DNA of 64,000 nt, taken from contig OZ296652.1 in the NCBI GenBank assembly GCA_965655095.1, positions 74,896,001 to 74,960,000 on the forward strand, written 5' to 3'. Every line of letters begins with the position of its first letter. Positions within the stretch are counted from its first letter, which is position 1. This stretch comes from Haplodiscus bocki (Eukaryota). A model generated the notes under the pieces. It searched no databases. It saw only the letters and a list, made by a program, of their open reading frames with translations, and had not been told where the DNA came from. Positions 10,221-23,269 of this stretch are shown one piece after another. Position numbers and translations under genes: made by a program.

Positions 10221-13200
10221 TTTACTCCCCCTCCATTTTCTCATTTTTTTCTCAAGTTCCTAGTGAAGGATTATTGGTCTGCCGTATTCATTGTACTAAA
10301 CCAAAAGAACAAAAGAAGTTGGAAAAGTTTTAACTCATGAGTATGTGTTATGTGTTTGCACAACAATCGGTGTTCTTTTATTGGCAAGTGATTTTTTTCA
10401 TGTTAACTGGACTGTTGTTCGATGCGTTCGTAACAGAGTTTGCACGCACTACCAATAGATTTTTACCAACGTTCTTGGAATGCAAAAAATACTATGTTTT
10501 GGGATTTACATTTACATTAAAAGTTACCATCTTATTTACCATGAAAGTTTAAAAAAACGTACAATTTTAATCAATTCCAGTTCAAATTTTGTCTTTTTGA
10601 CGGGTTTAATTCATTGTACCAACGCTGATGCGCTAGTTTGTGATGGTTCTGTTTTTTGCAAAAAGCTCAATCGGTGCTCTTTATACATTTTTGTCAAGGC
10701 TCTCTTTTTTTGCTCCGCTTGGAATTCTATCCAATCCTCTGTTTTTTGATGTTTGCGTAGACTGCTCTCTGCACATAATCAAACATTTGGCGGCTCTTTG
10801 CAACAATTTTTCATCCAAATGGTTACTAAAAGGTTGAACAGAGGCAGTCACGTCACGTCTTGTCGTGGTGGTGGGCAACGCAGTACTTTCTACTCAATGT
10901 ATTTTTCATTTTTATTTGCATAACTAAACAAATTCTTATCTGAATTTTTAGGTAAAAAATGGGAAATGCTTGCATCACAACAGCCACCATTTGACTCTTG
11001 CAGAAACTTCAAGAACAATTGAATCTGAGAAAAGAAGTATTACTGATTTTACACAAGCTTACCAAAAATGGAAGTGGGATCCATATATGGAAAGAAGTCC
11101 TTCCAATAACAAAAAAGGACTAAACTTCCTTCTATAGAAATAACACATTACAATGACCATAAAAGGTATGCAGAGGCGTATATGAGTAACTATTTACAGC
11201 TTCAAAAAATTTCTTTCACCTTCATTCCATACAAACAAATCCCTTCTCTCAGCTATCAGCGTGCTATCTTAGCGATCAAAGCCCATGATATACAACATCA
11301 CTGCTGTCTTGAACAAGACAACATCTACCGACTATATGGACTCTATAAGACATGAAAACAAAATTGAACAAATTTTTCAATTCCAAAAAGGACTCCAATC
11401 ACTTGGATATCAAACATGGAGTGTTTAAGAAGGACAAAAAACAGAGACTTTCGCCTATTCCCAAACCTTACAGTTGTAAACTCAGACCACAACCAATTCA
11501 TGTGATGGAACTACCAGCTGGTCGTTGCCGCAGATAACTTTATAAAAGGGAAAAACATATATCCAGTACAGATTTCAACAAGGTCGAAGGTTATGGAAGA
11601 ACAACTCAAGCTGGCTCATAAAGTAGTTGACGTCGTGGATTAAGCAAAAAAATGTAAGACTCTATTGCGTTTCAATGTGGACAAGCGCGAAACTTCCTAT
11701 GCTCAAGTTTGATCTTTTGCAAAAAGAAGGAAGAGGAAAAGTTGCAACAAAATGCTTGACGTAATTATTTCTGTATTTGATATAGTTGTTGTTGATCAAG
11801 TCATTTAAATTTTTCTATAAATTTTAATCGCAACTAAATCTTCTTTATTATCTATGTCCTTCGATTAAGGACGAATTGGAAGGTTGGACTTAAAAAAATT
11901 CTCTTTCTTGAAGTAAAAACGAATTTGGGAATTTGTCATGGTGTACTAAATCATCCAAAAAGTCTACCAAAAAACCTACGCTAACCGTAGTTGAAGTTCA
12001 ACAATTACATGACTTTGAATTGGTTTATCGGAGAGATGAATTGTCCACGTAAAATGGACATTTTATGAAAGTAGGAGACAAGTATGTGCAGGCGTCAAGA
12101 TTGATACAGACAAGTTGAACTTTGTCGTATACCGTTACCGAAACAAATTTTACCACAAACATAATGGAATTGATCTGAAATGACAAACTACCAGAGGTTC
12201 ATGGCAAAACGAGTATATCTGTTGTGCTATTTTGACAAACATTTGCCATTGTTCTTGTGGAAAAAATTGTATATTTTCGAAACGAATTTCATGAAAAATG
12301 GTTGTCCACTTTACAGTGACAATCTTCCGTTAAGACTTGGGACTGAAAACTTTGTTTGAGCGCAATAGTGTCCGCAAAACTTATTCTAAGTGCATGCTGA
12401 TGTAGGATCGACAAAGACTGTTAACGTGATTTGGACCAAAATTTTCCGTTTGCTGGAAGCCTTGGTTTTGGAGAATCCTACTTGGACATTGTATTTTACT
12501 ACTCCCAAGTAATTAGACTACTTTCAAAATTACGTGAAGCTGCTGGAGCATTACAGTCACATTCCGGCAAAGGAATTGGCCGCTGTTACATAATTGGAAG
12601 AGGACCATAGTTTTGTTGGCTTCGTCGCGTGACTGGACTACACTTTTGTTTTTGTGTAAAACTGTTTCTGCATTTTATCTTCAATTCTGTTTAATTTTGA
12701 ATTGGTATGTTTTCCTTTGTACTAAAAAATTAGGCTTGCAGATATGAAAAAGTCATCAAAGAGTTGGGAATTTTTTGTTAATGGGAATGTCCATGAAAAT
12801 TCGTTTTGGCCTTCCAAAAAGTACAAACCCACAGGACAAGCATTTTGGTGTACGGGGAAATTTAACGGAATTGTAGGGTCTAGTCGAAATATGCAATACA
12901 TTGAGCTCCCAAACAAGCTCTCTAAAAACTTAAAAACTGAACAAATTGCAGAAAAAAGCAAAGAAAAACAAGATTTTCACAATTTTTCCGGACAAAGAGT
13001 TAGAAAACTTATATGATCCTGGTTGCTCCAAATTTTCGGGATCGTGTAGATCTCCAAAAACGACCTAGAAGTGTGTATTTGCTCAAATTACCCATTCTGA
13101 TTCAGGACTACATTTCACTCTGCAGAGCGCATTGCAAAATTGTTCGATAACTGGACAATGAAGCAAATGAATTTGTTATTTTTGTAAGGTGAAATAATTT

Positions 13201-13384
13201 GCTTTTGTCTACCTACTTGAACCTTTTCAATTTATTCAAAATGTTTTCCAAGAATCTCTATTATCTTTATTGACTAACTGAGCGTACAATCTATATGACC
13301 TGCTACCACGATTATACTAACCTAGGCAGAACTCTCCTAATCTAGGCAGAAGTGAAGCAAGATACATTTTACCTTCGTCAAAAC

Positions 13385-13860
13385 CATGAGCGGAGCAGTT
13401 TCTACAAAAAATCGCATCTTTGTATATTTGGTTTGACCGTTCGATACTGGAAAGTCGTAAGTTATTTAAAATTCGTGTAAAATAGGATTTTTCAACCAAA
13501 TTTTGACAATTTACAATTTATTGTCATGACTTCCAGCTACTTTAGGATGTTGCGTCAGAAGAAATTGAAAATCTCGACTTTGTTCAAGGTTTTAACCTAG
13601 TTTTTATTTATCGATTATTTAAAAGTCAAAGTGTGAAAATTCTTGAATAATTTTGAATATTCTTGTGAAAAAAATTCAATTCAAAGGGTTCTGTTGACTT
13701 TGCCTTGGCAGGAGGACATCGTGCATTAAGCACTTTTTACATTAAAAACAATTTGTTCCGTCAGGGAAAACTAAGTCGGGACATTGGGCTCCAAAACAGA
13801 TACATCGTTCTCTTCTAAATTCCCTGTGATGCGATGCAGCTGAGTGCACTTAGTAGTATT
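13385..13860 (+). pseudogene. Polinton packaging ATPase (A32/FtsK-HerA-like), decayed
   Basis: Translation across stops and shifts gives STKNRIFVYLV*PFDTGKS (decayed Walker A), then FALAGGHRALSTFYIKNNLFRQGKLSRDIGLQNRYIVLF, matching the GRH...QN..YIVLF region of Polinton ATPases. Confidence 0.75.
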
Positions 13861-15401
13861 ATACGAGACACCATCAATTCAACTCTGCAACACACAAAAT
13901 CTGAACATCATGGGCGAGATCAGGAAAAGGAGAAAAAACTCCGACTGCTGAATTGAATATTTTCCTTTGGAAAAAATTTTTGTACGCAAAATAATACAAG
14001 AGGATCTGTCGTTCTGCGATGTTTTCCATCAAGGTGGCCCAAAAAGTTAATCCAGTATACAACAAATCACTCTTGATGTTTTGATGTACTACATTTTGAA
14101 AGCAGCAAACACTTGGGAAGAGTAAAAACTTATCTTGTTCTTTTCAATAAATAAGTGAGAAGCAGCGTTCGTATCACCTCCTACACACGCCTTCTTGTAA
14201 AGTTTATAGTTTTTGAAACAAAATTCCAGTTTGTAGACAAGCGAGTTGCAAAAATTTATGGTTTCGAAAACAGCGAGATTTAAAAAGGTTTGGGACAAAG
14301 GTGATTGTTTCTGACACATCTTTTCGAAAAATTATAACGAAAAACACTTTGAGGCCGCAAAAATCGTTATCAGTTGCAAACGGTTCGCATCCAAAAGCTT
14401 CATCCAAATAATAGTCAACTAGCTGTGAGTTGTCTAAATATAACCTTTCTGAATGGCGAAGTGTGTAAAAGTTGCAAAGTTTTAGTATATAGTTGAAAAA
14501 AGTCGCATGTTTCGGCCAGCAAACCTTACGAAACTTACAATATTGTTTTTTTGTTGCAGACAACAGTTGGTTTCGTTGATAACTGACCTGATGAAGTATA
14601 TACGGTTTTGAAGACAGCTAAACCTCAGAGTTTTGAAATGAATGTAAGGGAAAACTGCTATCTCACAAGAAACAGAAAAAAAACAAGAAAAACACTGCTC
14701 GAGTATTTTGAAGTTTAACAAGCAATTCGACTTGATTTGAGAAACGTTCAAAACTTGTTTTGAAACCTTCTTCAATTTTGAATGTTTTTCGTCAAGTTCG
14801 AAAAAACTTTGGGTCTAATAGTTATTGTTAGAAATATGCCAAAAAGTAATGCACATATCGGAGAAAGAAAAAAGAACTTCTATGAACATATTGAATATAC
14901 TTCATTCTTATGACGCAAAACGAGAGAGCAGTCCTTACCAATATTCACTATTGTTCAGAAAAAAAAATTGAATCAACTCATTCAAGGGAGTAGTGCTGAA
15001 GATCCCCTCAATATCTTTTTCGAGGACTGTGAGTTGCAATATTTACTCAAGTACTGTTACTTGAAAAACTTTGCTATGGTGAATTTTATATAAACAAAAC
15101 AGGCCCATGGTGTGCTCGATTATCGAAGCTAAATAAATTCACGATTGGTTTTTTCTCTAAAAGTTTGAAATAAAAATGAGAAAAACCTTAACTGTCCTTT
15201 CAAAAAGTAAGCTAAGACTACAAAGAACTGAGAAAACATTGATTGCTTTGAAAAGCTCAAACGAATATCAAACTAAGCATCAAAATGATTCCAAAATACA
15301 ATTCATTCAACTATTTGGAGCAAAATTCGTCAACAGTTCCATGTATAATCATGAGAGGAGATTACTGCAAATAAAAAAAGAATAATCGTAACAGACCTGA
15401 C

Positions 15402-17123
15402 TGTGAGAGGTCTCCTCCGGGTCAGAGTCAACTGAATTGCTGGTCCGACAGGCAGAGAACTCCACTTCGGGATGGGGATCACTCGGAACGATTCCCAGTT
15501 GGTTCCGGTTTTCCAACTCATTGTTCCGGGATGTCCCCGGAACGGTTCCGGAGAATGTCCGTACCTGCGGGTTCAACAGAAATTCGTCCAATTTAGGCAG
15601 ATCACCCGAATTGCGTGACTCTGTCCTGCTGAATTCCTGGAACAGCTTTTTAGTGACCCTGCCTTCAATCTCCTCAGAAACCTGCGCGATGTACTCCTCG
15701 ATAATTCCAGGAACGATTGTTCTGTAACTGGCTGTTCCTAAGATGTTCTTGTGCTTCCCTTGAAACAGTTGCAAACTTTCGTTTGTTTCTTAGTGTTGCC
15801 ATCTCTTGGGGGAGAGAATGTTCAACAGTGGTAAAAAGATGATAATCTTGCATTTTGTTGAAAGAACTCTTGAGTGCAACGCAATCTAGCTTCTTCTTTA
15901 CTGAATAAATAGCTTTCAATCATTAACAGTGAACTTAGTTACAAAAGTGGGAATAACAGTAGTCAGTACAAATCATAGCAAAGAATAGCCATTCCTTTTC
16001 TCCTATTTATACTTTTTCCCAGGCGGGGAACAAAAATGTTCTCACACCAAGTCAAGGTACAAATAGGGAATAGTATTTCAATCATATTAACTATAAAGAA
16101 GAACATGCCGACTCCGATGGGAAAAACACCTTTCTATCCATTTCTTCCCTCATACGCCGCGTCTTCTCCATCTTTCGACGGAAAAAGTACGGGCGTAACC
16201 CGTTAGAAACGGATATCAAAGTGCGTATTTCCGCGCCGACTCAATAAATACCCGTATAAACAAAAGATCAAAAGCTTTCCCATAATAGGAATAAATTATT
16301 GAAAAATTCATCAAATTAAGTGAAATAATGAACAAAAAATTCATGATTACATGTTTGAAATGTATATATGATCTGATTGTGCATCGATTAGAGATATTTT
16401 GAACTTGAACTAGGCTAGTTTATAGTCCGTTCCTCATTTCTCCTATTTGGTTCCTCGTTTTGAACAATGCGTTCCGGAATGGTTACGTACTTGATTGTAG
16501 AACTGCTTGTTGCAGTGTCGTCGAAATGAAAGAAATGAGTGTCTGCGTAATCGTTTCCTATCTGGCCGAAATGACACAGCATTGTAGGACAGCGAATTGG
16601 AATGAAACTCAAGGGACATCACCAGATTGGCATCGACGGAACAGGTTCGAAACAAATATACTCTTTTAAAGTCACTCTTTATAAATTGCAGTTGTTCTTA
16701 AGCAAACTCCTTGACCTTCTCAATTTCAGTTTAGTTGTTGCACTAGTTGTTGAAAAAATGGATTTTTAATAATAAGTACATAAATTGAATAGAAATGTAG
16801 CGTTTTTATAAACATATAAATTGATGAGTAGAAAAAAGTGAAGATTCGTTTGTTCCGTAGCGTTTCCGTCCCAATCTAGATCACTACACTGGAGTAATAC
16901 GTATACAATACGTATCGATTTCACAATTATTTACTGGGAAGTGATTCCTAAATGATACGTATCAAATACATGTAAAAGCCTTAAAATTTGATTGCAAAAT
17001 TACTATATTAAAAAATGAATTAGTTTAGGGTTTAAAACAGTTTGATCTAATCCTTAGACGATCCGGGGGTGTCCTTGTCCTTTGGCAACACTTACCCGCA
17101 GGCTTCGCAGGCATGCTAGGGCA
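15402..17123 (-). mobile_element. Solo LTR (1722 bp) of the A/B Gypsy family
   Basis: TG...CA ends with an exact 5-bp TSD CTGAC at 15397-15401 and 17124-17128. Aligns with the element B LTR at both ends and contains the gag start MATLRNKRKF. Confidence 0.92.
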
Positions 17124-17854
17124 CTGACTGAGGCTTGATATTAACTTTCTGAAGCGGCATGGCAGGAATTTTGGGGGGAATTAACAGGATGTACACAGCT
17201 TTCAAGTTTTCTCTAGAAACTTTTATCAGGTTGAGCAAATTGGAAAAAGAAGAGGGAGGCAACCAAAAATTGTTCTTCGGTGAATCCACGCTGCCGTCTC
17301 TGACAAAGAAAACCTTCCGATGTTGTTGCAATGTTTCTGGGACAAGTGTAAGCTCGGAATTCAAATGCGTCACTCTGGTTTAGCTCTTCCTCTTATGAAC
17401 TTCAACGATCGTGAGCCGATGCTGCGACCTGTCAATAATAACAGTGGTCGTGACGAGGAAGAAAAAAATCAATCTGGAATCAGCATTCCGGTCAGTATAA
17501 TTATCGAAACCCGCGACGGGTCAATTTATTGAACTGAAGAAAACTTGACGGGGTGGATCAAAGTTGTCTAGACCTCAATCAATACTGTCGTTAGTTTTCA
17601 GCCATGTCTTTTACAAATTAACCAGAGACCATTGATCAGATATTATGTCCAACATGACAGTTTCATTTAGTTTTGAAATGCTTTGAATGATGAAACAACG
17701 CGGCCGGCTAGCAGCGGCCTATTTTTTGCCCAACTACAACTATTTTGATCAACTTTTGCCAACGATTAAAAACAAAACTACTGTTTTGATATTCGTTTTC
17801 AAAGAGTTTTTACAAACATTAATTCCATCACTGATTTCTGTACTTCATGCAAGA

Positions 17855-18655
17855 AGGTATCACGTTTTTCGCTTGAAAATTTTTTGTCTCACATTGCCGG
17901 AGATTTTCGTGGAGGAACCCGCCTGTGTTTCAGAAAAATTCTGATGCCGAAAAATGTTAGGGATGAGAAAGGGGGCGGGTATCACAATTTTCCGTCAAAA
18001 TTGTTTTGTCTCACAGTACCGAATCACTTCGTAGAGGAACCCTTCTGTGTTTCAGAAAGTTTCGGGAGTCAAATAATTTTATGCCTAAGAGGGGAATATC
18101 ACGATTTTCTATAGAAAATTTGTTGTCTCACAGTACCGAAAAGCTTCGTAGGGGAAACCTTCAGTGTTTCACAAAAATTCTGGTATCGAAAAATTTTATG
18201 GTTAAGAGGAGGGGGGGGGGATTATCACGATTTTCTGTCAAAAATTTTTTGTCTCACAGTGCCGGAAAATTTCGTAGGGGAACCCTTCTGTGCTGTGTTT
18301 CAGAAAATTTCTGGTAGCGATAAACTTTATGGATAAGGGAGGAGGGGGAGGGAGAAAGTATAAAAACTTTCCGTCCACTATTTTTTGTCTCACAGTGCCG
18401 AAAATTTCGTAAAGGAACCCTTTAGTGTTTCACTAAAGTCGGGTATCGAAAAATGTTAGGGATAAATCGTAAAAATATTTGACACAACGCAGACTCGAAC
18501 CCCCAAACTACGGCTTGAGAACCCTGCTGTCCTAACCCTACTGCTGTCATTTATTTTTGAATAAAAAGAGTTGGCAATTTTGGTCTGGAAAAAAAGAAAA
18601 GCGACCCTATTGAATGAACAATTTTTCTTGCATATTACATATGCGGCGAAAAATA
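17855..18655 (-). mobile_element. tRNA-headed SINE-like repeat with five ~120-bp tandem units
   Basis: Units TTTTGTCTCACAGT.CCGAA...TTCGTAGGGGAACCC start near 17882, 18002, 18120, 18246 and 18381. A tRNA-like head lies at 18549-18480 on the minus strand. Confidence 0.65.
18480..18549 (-). ncRNA. tRNA-like (Glu-CTC-like) degenerate sequence, SINE head or tRNA pseudogene
   Basis: Minus strand reads TGACAGCAGTAGGGTTAGGACAGCAGGGTTCTCAAGCCGTAGTTTGGGGGTTCGAGTCTGCGTTGTGTCA: pairing TGACA/TGTCA ends, an A-box-like GGTTAGGA, a TTCTCAA loop and B box GGTTCGAGTC. Stems are imperfect. Confidence 0.55.
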
Positions 18656-20007
18656 AAAACTCAGAATCAAATCAGCCATAAAGGAAACTTGAAAAAGTGA
18701 ATGTCCCAATTAAAGAATCGCATCACGCATCGTTTGCATTGAAGCAAAGAATTGAAGTGTCACTGCCTGATACATGCGAAGATTTGACGATGGCAATGAT
18801 TTTAACCTTTTCGCACAGCTTAATGATGTTTAATGTCGTCCAAAAAGAGTCTGCGCAGCATCTAAATCAATTTGTTCAGGATTAAAAATATCGCCCTTTG
18901 ATTTGCGAACACTTAACTACTACGAACCTAAGTTTTCACAGGTTAGATAAATCAAGATTCGCACCGCGGGTATCATGAGTGTTTTTGAAAAAAAAAACAT
19001 TTTTAGGTCCAGCCGAAACCCATAGAGTAGAGGAAAATAACGCCAACCAAAAATATTTCGACAAAGATAACACGTTGCAATTTCAGACATTTCGTTCTTA
19101 AACGAGAACTTTGTCGTTTTGTTTCCTTGCTAAATGTTTCAAATCGGCAGCAACGGCGTAGAATGATCCGTGTGTGCAATGAAATGGGGTGCCGCAACTC
19201 CCCCGGTGCTAGAAACAAAACAGAGAAGTCGCAGAGACCTTTTCTGCAGACCTCCGAAACAATGTCCCATGGAGTGCTTTGATTTCGGTTGAATTAATAT
19301 TTGCGGAACACAATTTATCTTTCTCAAAAGAGAATTCAGTTACTTTTTTTATGCCATCCCGTCTTTTCAACGCCACCTCTTGATTAGGAGTGTTGACTTC
19401 GAACGGCCTCCTTTTTTTTGTTACAACACTAATTTTCTGGATATAGTTTTGTTTTGCGTTAGAGTATCTGAAAAAGCGACCTGCATATCTCCGAGGAACG
19501 TAGTCTGAGCAATTGCAAAACAAATGAAAGAATTGATTCCACAACTGCATGACCGAGTAGTTGAAGTTTTAGTTGATTTTTTCATGTAATCGTTGGCTCT
19601 GAGTACAAATACGGCTTTGCTACATTTAGTTGTGATGTCATAATTTTTAATCCACTCGGCTAAATGCAAGTATTCAAGAAACTGCGGTTTTTGCTAATAG
19701 AGCTCGAGAATCTCATCATTGTAAAATTCGATATTCACCGTGGGCAAACTTCAATTCATCTAATTTTTCTTCAAACACGGACTGGATTTGTTGATCTGAA
19801 TGTCTGTTTTCAAATTTTTCTGTCGACTAAATTTCAGAAGTGACAATGGAACTAGTTATCGCGTTACACACAACGCTTAAACGTTAATTAATTGAAACAT
19901 GATTGTTTAACTAAAACTAACTTTTTCTGAAGGAAAGAAGAATTATAAAAAAAGCTGATCGAAAAAAAGAACCGTTGGAGTTGCACAATTAATTTTTACA
20001 AAAAAAT

Positions 20008-21060
20008 TCTAACGGGAGCTATTTTCCTATTGGCTCCTGCTGCCAGTCATGCTTGGTACAAGCCTATTTTCTATTGGTTGGATTAAATGGCAGCATGCTG
20101 TTATTTTGGAGTCCATCTAGGAAAGATACTGGATCATTATCTTCTTTCCCGCTTAACGGACGGGACCCCTCACTCCTCTTCTGACTTGCTTTACTTTACT
20201 CATTTTCTCCTTTTTATTTTGGACAAAACTAATCTGAATCCAAATCCTCCTCCTTTTTATTTTGGACAAAATAGTTCTAAGTCAAAATTCCCTCTCTGCT
20301 GTTCCTGGACAAAAAAAAATCCCAAATCCAACTTCAAATCAACAAAAATAATCTAAGCCAATTGTTTATTTTCTTAGCAGCAAATCTTTTCCTATTCTGC
20401 AAAAACATTCTAGATCCCATTTTCCTTCCCACCTAGAAAAATTTCTCTTTTTGCGTACCCATTTCATACTCTTGCCGCTGGAGTCTACACAGTGTCCACT
20501 AACGCCAGCTTCGGTATTGGCGTGTGCTGATTCCGTGGATGAACTTCGGTTCTGAAACAAGAGTGAATCTAAAATTGAGCAACTTCCAATTTATTCCATA
20601 CGATACTCTTTTTGCTGGATTCTAAACAGTGTCCACTAGCGCTAGCTTCGGTATTGGTGTGTGCGGATTCCGCTGACGAGCTCCCGTTCTGAAGCATGAG
20701 TGGATCTTGAACTGCACAACCCTCAAGAGGTCCCTAGAAAAAAGATTTGACATTACATAGATCAAACCTCACCTCGTCTGCTTCCGTGGTATTTAGAAAT
20801 CATTCTAAATTCCGAGATACGGAATCATTACGAAGAAACCGTCCACCTTTGCTACATTCGAAAAATTCCATTCCTTGCACTAATTCGAAATTTCCCATTC
20901 GATTTCTTTGCAAGTCAGATCTATAAGAGGAGAGTCTCAGAGTTACACACAGATCGCCCGACTCCATCAACGGTGTCCGTTACTTAAGAAGTTTTCTAAT
21001 TCAGAATGACGATATCTCTCTGATCAATTCTAATATTCTATAAATCCCTTCCATGAAATC
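20008..21060 (+). repeat. 5' LTR of element C
   Basis: 20084-21060 aligns with 28647-29628. The start is inferred from TCTAACG (decayed TGTAACG) at 20008, followed by two ATTGG boxes. Internal ~138-bp tandem duplication at ~20487 and 20626. Confidence 0.75.
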
Positions 21061-21499
21061 TGCTTTTGCCGGATGCGACCTGTGAGGCTCATTCAAGGTT
21101 TTTTTTTGAGCAATTGGTTGGGATTTATTTCGGCGCTAAATGCTCTTTTTTATTTTTGCTTTTTCAACATTTAACTTTCTCTAATCACATGGAATTTTAA
21201 CAGTTGCTCTGATTAGAATACTCTCCTCCAATATTTCTCGAGTTTCGCGAGTGTAAATCTTCCGGAATGAGAACTGATTTGATCCTGGCGTTATACGTTT
21301 TCCTAATTGCTGTTATTGCTCTACTCCAAACATCTACCTATCTCCTAGCAGTTTTTGAGGTAGAAAAAATTATTCGCAATCGAACCTCTGAAAATTGAAC
21401 ACTAAAACCGTAATCGTTACAAGTGTTATTTTTTTTCCATTTTATATAATAATGTAGGTTTAAATCAACAATAAATGTTGCACGAACTTGAGAACCTTC

Positions 21500-23269
21500 C
21501 ACCAAATTGGGATGATATCCAATATGATTGCTAGCTTAATCCGCTGAACTGTCCGTGGACCATTACCTTTGAAGACGAAACTCTGACAGTCGTCATCACG
21601 TGCTTGACATGGACTTTCAACTATGATCTTTGTATAAGAGTGACTGACCATCCAGAAAGAAAACCAACAGTTCGAAATAAATAGATATTTATAACCGTCA
21701 CTCCTTACTTGGATCTCTATCAGAGACTCTAGACAATTACGAAGATTTTCCTGAACCCCACTTGAATTCCTATCAACTTCATAACCTTGGAGAACTACAA
21801 GGCTCTCTATTTCGAAGATATAACTCCAACAAGGGCCAAGATTCACCTTGTTTATCCTGATCTAGCCATCGATATAGTTTCTGGCACAAATCCCGATCAA
21901 GACGCTGTATCTTTTATTCAACTAATCAACCGAACACTAAATTTCACTCTTGCCGATGCACCTGGAGATGCTGTTGAACTGGCAAACCACATTGTCAGGA
22001 AGAAAGCGTTGTTTTCTTCTTTACTCCGAGGACCAGCCGCCGAATGGTAAAAAAAACATTACCAACGCTACTACCTGGGAGGATGACCGAACAAATATCA
22101 TCACTAGACTTTCAGATGGACAAAACAAGTTTCGATATCAAGTGGAAGGTTAACATTGTATTAGAGAAGATGGAGAAGAAACTCCGGACTTTCTACACCG
22201 CATCAAATGAACGATTGATAAAGAGTTGCCCGATGATATAAACGGTATTGAAGCCGCTCAAAAAAAGCAGAACGTGAGGCTCAGGGACGACAAAGAAGCC
22301 AAAGATGCATTGACTACCCACTAAAACGACTCAGACCAAGATACCTAAAACGAAAAGCACAAGAATATCTGATGAAAAACCCCAATGCTACGTGGAATGG
22401 TTTTTCAACCCAAATAATTCAAAGAGACGTGTCCCTCCAAGTCTCATCTAACTTTTTAAACGACGAAGAACAGACCAAATCATAAAAAGCTACACTTTGA
22501 CATGAAATGAAAAACCTACGATCGCAACCACAAGAACAACGGGTTGATGCCGTATAAGAGAATCCTCGAACAGTAGACAGATACCAAGAAGGAAGACAGT
22601 ATGCAACACGATTTTGTAACTACTGCCGCACAAATGGACATACCCCAAGTTGGTGCCGCAAGTAGATGCGAGACGAAAGACTGAAACGAATCAAGAGAAA
22701 GAGAACTGCCGAGAATAATGTCACGTTTACTCAGGACTACAACAAAAAACGGGGACCGGACCATCTATCAGAACAATGGAATAGAGGCGAAGATTTCCAA
22801 AGGAGGAACCAGAAATGCACTGACGATGGATTCAGGAGAAATTCGCCCACTACCTATCAGAGTTTCTCTCCACGGCCAAACTTCGCTGATGGGAACAACC
22901 ATCCGGAAAATGGAAGATCATATGATCAACGCCTAAATAAGTCATTCAAAAGAAGCGATGAAAATCGATCTCGAAATGGATCTTCCAACAATCATAATGG
23001 GAACTGGCGAAATTGTGGAAACTTTTTTCGTTCTCCATCGACTCAAAGGAGAGACTTTTAATAAAGTAATTTCATACCGCCAACCAAGAAGTGATCAACT
23101 TGACAATTTTGCCTTCCGCAAACCTGACAATCGATTTACGAGTGGTTTCACGCATTACGAACAAAACCTTTCACAGAACATTCACCAGATGTCATCTAAT
23201 GTGGTCTGCTTCACCACACCCGATGATTCCATTAACGAAATATCAGACCTCTGTCCGTTAAACTACTAA
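21500..23269 (+). pseudogene. gag: gag of element C, fragmented
   Basis: KKALFSSLLRGPAAEW (retrotransposon capsid region), zinc knuckle FCNYCRTNGHTPSWCRK at ~22612-22662, Asn/Arg-rich tail. Confidence 0.8.

Larger units (their letters stand above)
5257..14900. mobile_element. Heavily decayed Polinton/Maverick element (second lineage)
   Basis: Contains relics of a protein-primed PolB (minus) and a packaging ATPase (plus) in divergent orientation. Higher GC and far more stops and frameshifts than 1-5250. Boundaries are approximate. Confidence 0.75.

Noticed and set aside
10930-12700. Possible accessory genes of the old Maverick (e.g. KKDSNHLDIKHGVFKKD)
   Set aside because: Coding-like but too decayed to assign a product.
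13874-14563. Possible second protease relic on the minus strand
   Set aside because: Catalytic His/Asp/Cys motifs are not recognisable.
19000-19900. FIAHTDHSTPLL resembling a Gypsy RNase H motif
   Set aside because: A single short motif with no supporting neighbours I can read.
20084-20100. TGGCAGCATGC as a possible PBS
   Set aside because: It lies within the repeat present at both ends of element C and downstream of CCAAT-like boxes, so it is better explained as LTR interior.
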